From Chiloscyllium plagiosum (lineage: Eukaryota): a stretch of 39,056 nucleotides of DNA. Shown piece after piece: positions 1 to 9,554 of the stretch. How positions within the stretch are numbered: the stretch's first letter is position 1; every line of letters starts with the position of its first letter. The stretch lies in contig NC_057719.1 of assembly GCF_004010195.1 (NCBI RefSeq), forward strand, positions 84,589,651 through 84,628,706, given 5' to 3'. A program made the translations under genes and the position numbers. The notes beneath the pieces were generated by a model. The model did not search any database. It was given only the letters and a program-made list of their open reading frames with translations, and was not told where the DNA came from.

Positions 1-192
1 ATGGGGGATGGAGGTGTACAGGGACTGGATGTCCATGGTGAAGATAAGGCATTGGGGACCGGGGAAGCGAAAATCATGGAGGAGGTGGAGGGCATGGGTG
101 GTGTCCCGAACGTAGGTGGGGAGTTCTTGGACTAAGGGGGTCAGGACCGTGTCGAGGTATGCAGAGATGAGTTCGGTGGGGCAGGAGCAGGT
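1..192 (-). mobile_element. Penelope-like element reverse transcriptase fragment (runs off the window start)
   Basis: The minus strand reads open as TCSCPTELISAYLDTVLTPLVQELPTYVRDTTHALHLLHDFRFPGPQCLIFTMDIQSLYTSIPH. The (T/S)xDxxSLYTxIP motif is typical of PLE RT. Confidence 0.85.
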
Positions 193-701
193 TGATGACC
201 TCAAGAACAAGGGCACGAGAAAAAAAAAATTTTTGGATTGTTGGTCTGTTGGAGGGTAAGGAAGGTGAGCGACCAGTGGAATTTATTGAGGACTGGTTGC
301 TGAAATCCCTTAACTTGGAGGCTGGAATGGGAAGCTTGAAGATTGAGAGAGCTCACTGGTTCACGGCACGGAGGTCAGGTCTGGACCAGTGTCCTCGTCC
401 TATCTTGGTGCAGCTTCATCACTATTGAGATGATAAGAGAATCGTGGAAGCTTCCAGAATCCAGGGGAAGGATCCAAAGGCCCAAGTTTACAAGGGCTCA
501 AAGATCACGTTCTTCCAGGACTTCGCAGCAGCAGTAATCCAGAAAAGAAAATCCTATGATGGCACCAAGAAAAGACTGAAGGAGCTTGGGATCGAGTACT
601 CTTTGAGGTATCTGACGGTGTTTCGTATCACCTTGAATGGATCTATACATCTCTTTGACATGTCGGAGAAAGCAAGACACTTTGTGGACAAATTAACTTA
701 A
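193..701 (+). mobile_element. LINE-1 (L1 clade) ORF1p C-terminal fragment, disrupted
   Basis: ORFs 192-428 and 444-701 share one frame across a stop: NFWIVGLLEGKE...IERAHW...PRPILVQLHHY*...KITFFQDFAAAVIQKRKSY...YSLRY...FRIT. This matches the L1 ORF1 RRM/CTD pattern (RIxGxPE, IERAHR, PRPII, I.FxQD). Confidence 0.85.
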
Positions 702-1237
702 GGTGAACAATTTACTGTGTACAAATAATAGTGTTGCTTGGGTATGTCTCTTTTCTTTAAAAAGAAAAGAGGAAGTCTGGTTGGCACCTTTTTTTATTAA
801 ATTGGCGATAATCTGGTCTAAACTATGCTCGGGGCCATTTGGGATGTTTACTTTCAATTTCGACGTTAAGTTATACCAAAGAATGGGTGAGATACTTACT
901 CATTAATGCTGTACAGGGGGTCTGGTGGCACATTGAAAAGAAAACTCTGAACAAGTCGATCAGAAAAGATCTACTCATTAAATATTCTCACACAAAGCTA
1001 CCTCTGGGGCAGCACGGTGGCTCAGTGGTTAGCACTGCTACCTCACAACACCAGGGTCCCAGGTTCGATGCCAGCTTTAGGCAACTGTCTGTGTGGAGTT
1101 TGCACATTCTCCCCTTGTCTGCGTGGGTTTCCTCCGGTTGCTCTGGTTTCCTCCCACAGTCCAAAGATGTGCAAGTCAGGTGAATTGGCTATGCTAAATT
1201 GCCCATAGGTTAGGTGCATTAGTCAGAGGGAAATGGG

Positions 1238-1395
1238 CTGAAAATGTTGCTGGAAAAGCAGAAGGGCCCTGAAGAAGGGCTCACGTCCGAAACATCAATT
1301 CTCCTGCTCCTTGGATGCTGCCTGACCTGCTGCGCTTTTCCAGCAACATATTTTCAGCTCTGATCTCCAGCATCTGCAGTCCTCACTTTCTCCTC
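1238..1395 (+). mobile_element. Short PLE terminal-repeat insertion with hammerhead core and 15-bp target duplication
   Basis: Flanked by TCAGAGGGAAATGGG at 1223-1237 and 1396-1410. Contains CTGAAGA-AGGGC-TCAC-GTCC-GAAAC-ATC (1269-1296). Its first ~22 nt are an inverted copy of internal sequence at ~1335-1358. Confidence 0.75.
1269..1299 (+). ncRNA. Minimal type-I hammerhead ribozyme motif (PLE-associated)
   Basis: CUGANGA core, stem II GGGC/GUCC, GAAA, then an NUH triplet (AUC). Stem III is reduced to the loop-less form seen in PLE hammerheads; stem I is poorly preserved in this copy. Confidence 0.55.
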
Positions 1396-1711
1396 TCAGA
1401 GGGAAATGGGTCTGGGTGGGTTACTCTTTGGAGGGTCGATGTGGACCTGTTGGGCTGAAGGGCCTGTTTCCACACTGTAGGGAATCTAATCTAATCTAAA
1501 CTAGTCAGTAATGCCCCACCATGACCTATACTCAGTGGTCACTAAAACCCCAACACTGACAAACATTATGCTCACACACACTAAATCTCCACCAGCATCA
1601 TATTCAATGACCACCCAGCACTTTTTAAAAAAAAGTAATCTTTTACTTGCAATCATTAGTGTCCCTCGGAAGCTCTGATCTGCCATTTATAAAAACTTAT
1701 TCTCTAGGGCG

Positions 1712-1803
1712 TGGACTTTTCCACCTCCTGATGCTGCCTGGCTTGCTGTGTTCTTCCAGCCTCCCTACCTTAGATACCAGCATCTGCAGTTTTTTTTGTC
1801 TCT
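1712..1803 (+). mobile_element. PLE terminal-repeat fragment (variant subfamily)
   Basis: CTCCTGATGCTGCCTGGCTTGCTGTGTTCTTCCAGC...CCAGCATCTGCAG is homologous to the other PLE terminal repeats and to the reverse complement of 13714-13780. Confidence 0.65.
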
Positions 1804-1949
1804 AAGGTAGCATTGACTGGCTCACCGTCGCGACCATTACCTATGCACCATAATGTTTCACAGTCCTCCACGTCAATAAAACACACATTACCTTTACTCA
1901 TTACTGCCGTCCGCCTCCCGCTAGAATATTTCTGCAAAAACGTACAGGG

Positions 1950-2390
1950 ATATGTAGATTTAGAATAGAGACAAATCGCCGCCTGAAAATTTAAACTTAG
2001 TCCCGCCTAGTCCCTTGACGTCACTTTCCTCCCGTGAATCCGTTGCTAGGTTTTCCTTTTCCCCACAAGGCGGACTCAACATAGCGTCCTCAGAAGTTAT
2101 TGAGTATTTTTTTTTCCTCTCTCGACTTCAAGAAGTTGAAAAGACCGCCGAAGGAAGCAACTTTTTTTTACCACCCCACCAAACGTTATGAGGATGGGCG
2201 GGCGTTCCCCGCCCGCACTGTTAATGCGCATGCGCGGCATCTCCCGCACGTCAAGGCGGTTGAATTTAAAATTCTCTCGGGCTGAAGGGCCGCGCGCCGA
2301 TTGGTCGGCGGTGGGAGTTTGTTTTCCCGGGGAAGGGGAAGTTTCAGATTGACCGTTCGTTCGGACAACCCTCTTTTCCCCCCTCGGTAA
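1950..2390. promoter_or_regulatory. KNL1: CpG-island promoter of KNL1 (possibly bidirectional)
   Basis: Local CpG/GC enrichment in otherwise CpG-depleted DNA. Motifs: CRE TGACGTCA 2016-2023; RFX half-site GTTGCTAGG 2042-2050; GC boxes 2196-2216; NRF1 site TGCGCATGCGC 2225-2235; GGCGG-TTGAA-TTTAAA CDE/CHR-like 2255-2270; inverted CCAAT (GATTGGTC) 2299-2306; E2F-like TTTTCCCG ~2322-2329. Confidence 0.8.
2330..2386 (+). other. KNL1: Probable non-coding exon 1 of KNL1 (TSS position approximate)
   Basis: Strong donor TCG|gtaagg at 2386/2387 just downstream of the CCAAT/CHR promoter elements. No ATG in this exon; the start codon lies in the next exon, as I recall for human KNL1. Confidence 0.6.
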
Positions 2391-3299
2391 GGAATGGATT
2401 TGTCATTAACGTGGTGCTAATCGTACTTACTAGCCGTTGTTTGTTGTCCGTCCGTTGGGCCTTTCGTGCTTCTGTACAAAAGGCGCATAAAATGTCTGTT
2501 TGCTTGTTTTGTTTTTTTTCCGGCGCAGCTTGGTTTTCTAGTTTGGGGGTGCGAGGAGGTTTGGAAACCATCCCAGCCTGGAGTGCCTTGTGTCACGGTC
2601 GGTGGGGGAAGAGTATTAAGTTGCTTTTCCCCCACACAAACTTCTTTCGCTGCAGCTTCTAGCTTCTGATGCTTGTCCTTTTAACGTGTGTAGATTTTCA
2701 CTCTGTAAACCTCTCCTCCCCCCATCCCTCCACTTACAAATTGCTGAGGGATTGCTGTTTGTCAGACTTGGTTTGTTTTTCTATGTTGTTACAGTGACTA
2801 CGCCCCGAGGTTTTTTAAAAAAAAACGTGACTGGCGAATAGTACTTGTGCTAGATAAGGACCATCTCCAGCAAGTCGGTCTACCTAACGCCTTTTGATGT
2901 ATAATGACATGACTATTGTCACTGTCAACATCTCTGAGCGTTAACACCGACCAAAAACTGAACTGGATCATCCATATAAATCGTGTGGCTAAAGAATAGG
3001 TCACAGGATAGGATTTTTGTGGTACTTAATTCACTGCTTAACTTTCCTGTCTGTACCCAGCCTATACAAGGAATAGCTCAGTGTGATACAATGCTTTTTT
3101 TTCTTGCTTGGATGAGTGCTGATCCGATAAAATTCAACCTTAGACCCATCAGGACAAAGCAACCTGCTTGATTGTTGTCCAATCCACCAACTTAAATATT
3201 GTTAATGAATAAGTGAATGTTAAACTCTCGCTTTGCTGGTATGTGGGACAGTTGTCCCCGTTTTTGCACGCGATTTTACTAAGTGGAACTTAGCAATTT

Positions 3300-4120
3300 C
3301 AACAAAGCTGTGTTGTCTTGATTTATAATGTGCATAGTATTTGGAATGATATAAATGAATTAATAGCACAAATGGAGGTTAATGGATATGATCTTCTAGC
3401 CATTGTGGAGACATTGTTACAAGGAGTTCAAAACTTGAAACTAAATATTCAAGGTTAGCGACCTTTCAGAAGAGTAGTGGGCTGGAAGGAAAGAATAATG
3501 AGATAGTTTGGTGTGAGATGGAATAAGTATGATCGCAAATAATGCTTTTGGATTAGAGAGAGACAGAGGATCTGTATGCTTGGAGGCAAAAATAGGAAAA
3601 GATGATGCTTTTGGGAATAGTTTATAGACTCCCCAATAGTAGCTGCTTGGTAGAATAGAAAATGAATTTAATAATGATTTGATAAGAGTATGTATGTAGA
3701 AATGGCAGTACATTGTACGTGACTTTTGATTCTTATGTAGATTGGGTAAATCAAATTGGAAAAGTTGGTCACAAGAAATAATTCATACATTATTCGAGAC
3801 AGTTGTCAATCAGAGGGATCAGCTATTTTAGATCTGAAAGCCTACAATGAGGCAACTTTAACAAATAGTCTAAAAGATCCCCTCAGAAACAATGACCATA
3901 TCATAATTGAATTTAGGATAAGAAAATGACAAACTTTGCTAACTGTAAATAAGTGCAATTACAAAAGAATGGGGACCATGCTGGCTGTGGTGGACTGGAA
4001 AAGGAGTTTAGGAGAATGTTGAGGAACAATGGGAAAACATTTAAGAAGTTAGTTCATGGCTCACAGCAAATGTAAATCCTAATTAAGAAGACAAACTCTA
4101 GAAAGAGAGAAACTAGTATC
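3300..4120 (+). mobile_element. CR1-clade LINE ORF2 endonuclease region, decayed (probably continues at 7590-8310)
   Basis: Reads NVHSIWNDINELIAQMEVNGYDLLAIVETLLQG, the APE endonuclease start, with later GIVYRLP, AILDL and DHIIIEF remnants. Confidence 0.75.
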
Positions 4121-5088
4121 AAGGTAGTCAAGAGTGGGGAAGTGATGGCTTAGTGGTATTATTAGACTATTAACCTAAGTAAAGTTCTGGGGACTTGGAT
4201 TCAAATTTTGTCACCTAAGTGGTGGAATATGAATTCAATTAAAGAAAATCTCTATTCTTGACCAGAAATCATTTGTTGGGAAAAACCATATCTGATTCAT
4301 TTATGTCCTTCAGAGAAGGAAATCTGACTTCCTCATCCGGATTGGACCACGTATGACTCTCAGTTGCCCTTTGAAATGACGTAGCAAGCCATTCTGTTGT
4401 ACTAATTGCGACAAAGTCTTAATGAAATAAAACCAGATGGATCACCTGATATCGACTTGAGGCACCAGAAGATACTGACAAAACAGCCCTGTTGGCCCAC
4501 CAAAGTCGTCCTTACTAACATTTGGAGGCTAGTGCCAAAATTGGGAGAGCTGTCTCACAGGCTAGCCTGACATTGTCTGTAAGGAATGACTCCGTGAGTA
4601 TGACCATGTCCCAGACAGCACAATGGTATACAGAACCCAACCCATTCCCATTCCCATCAGGCCAAGGGATTAGCCCGAGCACAAAGGAGAATGCAGGAAA
4701 GCATGCCAGGAGTAGCATTAGGTATTCCTAAAAATGAGGGATGAACCTGGTGAAACCATGAAACGGGGCTACTTGTGTGCTAAACAGCAAGCATCCAATG
4801 ATAGACAGAACTAAGTGATGTCACAACCAATGGATCAGTTAGAAGCACTGCAATCCTAGCACATCCAATCGTGGATGGTGGAGGACAATTAAACAAATGA
4901 TGACAATAAGAGGATGCTCCGCAAATACTCCCATTCTCTACACATTGCTGTGAATACTTCAGCCTTATCTTTTGCACCAATCTTTAACCAGAAGTGCTGA
5001 GTGGATGATCCATTGTGGCCTCTTTTGCATCTCCAGTGTTAGTGATACTCTTCTTCAGCCAATTCAATTCATTATCCTTGATATCAAG

Positions 5089-5413
5089 AATCAGAATCCC
5101 TACAGTGTGGAAACAGGCTATTGTGGCCCAATAAGTCCAGACTCCGAAGAGTAACCCACCCAGACCCATTCCCATATCCAATTACTCTACATTTACCATT
5201 GACTAATGCATCTAACCTCCATCCCTGAACACTACAGCAGTTAAGCTTGGCCAATTCACCTAACCTGCACATCTTTGGACTGTGGGAGGAAACCTACGCA
5301 GACACTGGGAGAATGTGCAAACTCCACACAGCTAGTTGCCCAAGGCTGGAATTGAGCCTGGGTCCCTGGTGCTGTGAAACAGCTGTTCTAACCACTGAGC
5401 CACTGTGCAGCCC
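5089..5413 (-). mobile_element. HE1-type V-SINE
   Basis: Reverse complement of the tRNA head, V-domain and tail seen at 1007-1499. Confidence 0.9.
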
Positions 5414-6592
5414 CAAACAGTTGGAGGCACTGGATACTGTAAAGACAATGGTCCCTCAACATTATGGCAATTGTACTGAAGAATTCTGATCCAGAACTTG
5501 CTGCACCCTTCGCTAAGCTCTTCTAGTTACAACACTGGCATCTACCTGATAATGTGGAAAATTGCACAGGTATGTTCTGTACCTAAAAAGGAAGACTAAT
5601 TCAACCTGGTCAGTTACTACCCTGTCATTCTGCACTCAATCAGCTGTAAAGTGATGGAAGATGTCATCAGTGCTATCAAGCAGCACCTGCTCTGTGATGC
5701 TTATCTTGGATTCGGCCAGGGCCACTCAGCTCCTGACCTCATTACAGCTTTGATTCAAACATGGACAAACGAGCTGAATTCCGGAAGTGATTCTTGACAT
5801 CAAAACTCTGCTTAACAAAGTGTGTTATCAAGGAACCCTAGTAAAACTGGAATAAATGGGTATCAAGGGCAAGCTGCTTAGTCATATCTGGAATGTAGAA
5901 AGATGGCAGTGGTAGGTGGTCAGTCATGTTGGTTCCAAAATGGTCTGCAGGAGTTTCTCTGGATAGTGTCTTAGGCCCAACTATCTTCGCTATTTCATCA
6001 ATGACCTTCCCTTCATAAGGTCAGAAGTGGGGATGTTTGGTGCTGATAGCACCAATGTTCAGCGCCATATGTGACAACTCGGACACTGAAGCAGTTCATG
6101 TTCAAGTGCAACACGATCTGGACAATATCCAGGCTTGTGCTGACAAGTCGTGAATAACATTTGCCTGACACAAACGTTAGTGATTATCACCAATAATAAA
6201 TAATCAAACTACTGGCCCATGACATTCAATGGTATTACCATTACTGAATGACATTCACTGTCAAGGAACTATGAACCTGCACTCCAAGGTCTCTTTGTTC
6301 AGCAGCACTCCCCAGGACCATTAAGTGTACAAGTCCTGCCCTGAATGGCATTCATTTTTGGAGTCTCCACATAAATGCAGTGGTTACAAGAGCAGGTCAG
6401 AGGCAAGAAACTCTCCTCTTGACTCCCCAAAGCCTATCCATCATCTACTTGGCACATGTCAGGAATGTGATGGAATACTTCACACTTGTGCGGATGGCTG
6501 CAGCTTCAAGAACACTCAAGAAGCTTGACGTGTAGGACAAAGTAGTCCGCATGATCGGAAAGACATCCGCTCCCTCCACCACCCTCAGTAGT

Positions 6593-7095
6593 TGTGGTGT
6601 AAAATTCCAAGCAGTGGAATGTGGTGAAACGGTTAAAAATTATGTCCCAATACATGTGTGAATCTAACCGGAATGGAGGTGTTGCTTAGTCCCGTGTGAA
6701 TCTTATTACACACCTCCCCGTGTGAATCTTCTTATCTGTATGTAACCAGAATGGAATGTGTTTTTTAGCCTTGCTCTGCTGTTCACATGAATGTTTATAT
6801 CTGGAAAAGAGTATATCAGCTGGAAAAGTCTCCAGTTCGGTGAGTCTGCTCCGGGGTTACGTTTAACCGCCGAGCGTGGGTTGTTTGCAACCGCTCTACG
6901 AGAACTGACGGCTCCCAGTTCCGGTAACATGTAGAGTGAGTATAAGCCAGACCCGTTGTATGAAACCTTGTTGTGGCGACGCTGCGGGGAATAAAATGCC
7001 CATATTCTAGCAGACTCGCCTCTTGGTCGTTTGTTCTGTGTCAGACTACTCTCCTACGAACCTGACCTTGAGAATTTTTTAAAACAGGTAATACA
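6593..7095 (+). mobile_element. Candidate solo LTR inserted into the LINE
   Basis: ~500-bp CpG-retaining block with TGT...ACA ends that interrupts the LINE. Internal direct repeats (GTGTGAATCT x3), TATA-like GTATATCA ~6810 and GTATAAG ~6940, AATAAA ~6990, imperfect flanking TAGT/TATT. Confidence 0.5.
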
Positions 7096-7413
7096 TATTG
7101 CTGCTATCTACAAGATGCAGTGCTGAAATTCAAAGTTCCTCAGACAGCACATTCCAAACCCATGACCAATTTCATCTAGAAAGTGAAAGGCACCGGACGC
7201 ATGGCATTATCACCACCACAACCTGCAAATTCCCCTATAAGCTATTCGTAGCCCTGATTTGGAAATATGTCATCGTGCATTCACTGTTGCAAGATTAAAA
7301 TCCTGGAATTCTCTCCCTGATGACATTGTTGGTCAACCCATGAACAACCTGAGTCAAGAAGACAGCTTGCCACCACTTTCTCGAGGACAAGGCTTGGGCA
7401 ATAAATGCTGGTG

Positions 7414-7529
7414 GCTGAAACTTTATTGCTNNNNNNNNNNNNNNNNNNNNNNNNNNNNNNNNNNNNNNNNNNNNNNNNNNNNNNNNNNNNNNNNNNNNNN
7501 NNNNNNNNNNNNNNNNNTCACTTTCTCCT
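7414..7529. mobile_element. PLE terminal-repeat insertion spanning an 87-N assembly gap (7431-7517)
   Basis: Flanked by CAATAAATGCTGGTG at 7399-7413 and 7530-7544. Left end GCTGAAACTTTATTGCT is the reverse complement of 16441-16457. Right end TCACTTTCTCCTC matches the end of 1238-1395. Confidence 0.7.
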
Positions 7530-7589
7530 CAATAAATGCTGGTGAGCCACCTTGCATCCCATGAATGAATTAAATAAAAAAACACTAAT

Positions 7590-8310
7590 TTTTGCTTATA
7601 TTTTAAATCGGAGGACTTGGAAAGTTTTAAAAGGCAGTAAAGGCGGCCAAGGAAAAGGAAGAAAATAAACCAGGAAAACTAACAAGTAATATAAAAAGAT
7701 AGAGCATTTTACAAACACTAAAAGGGATGTGAGAGGCCAAAGTGAATGGAAAATTATTTAAGGAATGAGACTGGGCAAATTAATTTGCATTTGTTTGGAT
7801 GAGGACAAGAATAGTATTCCAAAAATACTAACTAATCACTGGCAAAGATAGAGAGGTAGTAAACACCATTTTTTAAAAAAATTGGGTAACCTTAAAGCTA
7901 AAAGCTGATAAATCCTTGGACCTGATGGATTTTGTCCTCTGATTTTCAAGAATGTAGCTACTGAGATGGTAGGTGCACGGGCTCAAATATTCCAAGAATC
8001 TTGGAGCCTGTGGTGATAGGCAGTTTTCCAATGTCTAAACATCTAAATTCAAAAAAGGAAGAAGAAACACAAATGGGTCACTATAGGCCAGTTAGATTAA
8101 AGTCCTGTTGTTGTGTGAAAATGTTAATCTATAATAAAGCATTTAGAAACGCATGATAAAATCAAGCAGAATCAACATGGCTACTTGAAGGGAAATCATT
8201 CTTAACAAATGTATTATAATTACCTCCTCAAAATAATAAACTGGATAGATAAAGTGGAACCAGGAGAAGTAATTTATTTTGATTTTTCAAAAGCTGTTGG
8301 ATTAGCTTGC
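7590..8310 (+). mobile_element. CR1-clade LINE ORF2 RT 5' region, decayed
   Basis: Remnants of LKADKSxGPDG, HYRPVRL, QHGYLKGKS and DFSKA motifs. Confidence 0.7.
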
Positions 8311-8405
8311 AATCTTGTGAAAGAATAAAAAAAACCTGAAGGAGACTTTGGGTAAAGGGTGAGGAGTTGCTATGTCTTTGCTGAATTGAATAAACATGTA
8401 CAAAA

Positions 8406-8423
8406 GTGTGTGTGTGTGTGTGT
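8406..8423. repeat. (GT)9 microsatellite
   Basis: GTGTGTGTGTGTGTGTGT seen directly. Confidence 0.95.
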
Positions 8424-8469
8424 TACTAAGATCTAATACCTGCTTTTTCACTTACCATTACTTTTATAT

Positions 8470-9405
8470 GGCTCGGAGGTAGGAGACCAAGGTGTTGGTG
8501 GAGGGTTGCTCTTCAGACTGGAGGCCTGTGACTAGCAGTGTGCTGCAAGGATTGGTCCATGGCTTTTTTGTCCGTACTATCAATTTGGATGTGAATATGG
8601 GAGGTCTGGTTAGTATGTTTGTAGATGGCACTAAAATTGATGGTATAGCATACTTGAGTGGCAGATGGAGTTTAATCGCTATTATAAATGTGAGCTGCTA
8701 CATCAGGGCAGTTCTTATAAACTTAATGGTAAGGCTCGGCGGAGTATTGCTGAACAAAGACACCTTGCAGTGCGGATTCATTGTTCCTTGAAAGTGGAGT
8801 TGCAGGTAAACAGAATAGTGAAGGTGTTTGATATGCTTAGTTTTATTGGTCAGTGAATTGAGCAGAGGAATTGGGAGGTAATTTTGCGGCTGTGCAGAAC
8901 ACTGGTTAGGCCACTTTTGGAATATTGTGTTCAATTCTGGTCTCCTGCTATGGAAAAAATGTTGTAAAACTTGAAAGGGTTCAGAAAAGAATTACAAGGA
9001 TGTCGCCAGAATGAGAGTTTGAGCTACAGGGGGAGGCTGAATGGGTTGGGGTTATTTTCCCTGGAGTGTCAGAGGCTGAGGATGACCTTATAGAAATCTA
9101 TAAAATCATGAGGGACGTGGATAGGGTGAATAACCAAGGGTTTTGTTTTTCTGGGATGGGGAGTCCAAAACTAGAGGGTTTAAGATTAAAAGGGAAAGAT
9201 TATAAGGGATAAGTTTTTCATGCATGTGTGAAACAGTTGCTTGAGATACAACTGCAGCATTTAAAAGTCATCTGGTTGGGTATATGAAGGGTTTAGGGGG
9301 ATAAGGGCCAAATACTAGAAAATGGGTCCAGATTGGGATATCTGGTTGGTGCGGACGAGTTGGACTGAACGGTCTGTTCCTGTGCTACACAAATCTATGA
9401 CTTTG
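8470..9405 (+). mobile_element. HER1/CR1 LINE 3' fragment
   Basis: VEGCSSDWRPVTSSVLQG, SMFVDGTKI and LVRPLLEYCVQFWSP remnants, with a 3' tail shared with the HE1 SINE. Confidence 0.85.
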
Positions 9406-9519
9406 TGCTTCAACACAGTTTGCCTGACTTGAAATTAGAAGTCTCCGAGACAATTGTTTTTGAATCCTATTGAGTTATTTCTTTCTCATCTTGCAGGTTT
9501 TCAGTTCCTGGTTTAAACC

Positions 9520-9554
9520 ATGGATGAAAATTTTCCTGTATTTCCAGAGGCTAA
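9520..9554 (+). CDS. KNL1: KNL1 coding exon 1 (exon 2 = 9497-9554), MDENFPVFPEA(N)
   Basis: Acceptor ttctcatcttgcag|G at 9496/9497; Kozak ACCATGG with an in-frame upstream TAA (9514-9516); donor AA|gtatgt; 35 coding nt, phase 2. Confidence 0.85.

Larger units (their letters stand above)
1007..1499 (+). mobile_element. HE1-type V-SINE (tRNA-derived), interrupted by a PLE fragment at 1238-1395
   Basis: A box TGGCTCAGTGG, B-box-like GGTTCGATGCC, V-domain core TGTGTGGAGTTTGCACATTCTCCCC...CCTCCCACAGTCCAAAGA, CR1-like 3' tail GGCCTGTTTCCACACTG and (AATCT)n end. Confidence 0.9.
4137..7580 (+). mobile_element. L2/CR1-group LINE with tRNA-like 5' head, endonuclease and RT remnants; hosts several nested insertions
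   Basis: Head with A box TGGCTTAGTGG (~4146) and B-box-like GGATTCAAAT (~4197). EN start TNIWRLVPKLGELSHRL (~4514). RT remnants WKIAQV, GFGQGHSAPDLITALIQTWTNELN, SVLGPTIF, FINDL, EVGMF (5550-6050). 3' end ...CATCCCATGAATGAATTAAATAAAAAA. Confidence 0.75.

Noticed and set aside
1770..1901. 43-codon unspliced minus-strand ORF (MSKGNVCFIDVEDC...)
   Set aside because: It runs through a strong donor site into a PLE repeat with no recognisable homology; retained only as a possible spliced first exon.
6593..6610. Foamy-virus origin of the candidate LTR (TGTGGTG start)
   Set aside because: The same start occurs in the Gypsy 3' LTR at 29964, and 7 nt is not diagnostic.
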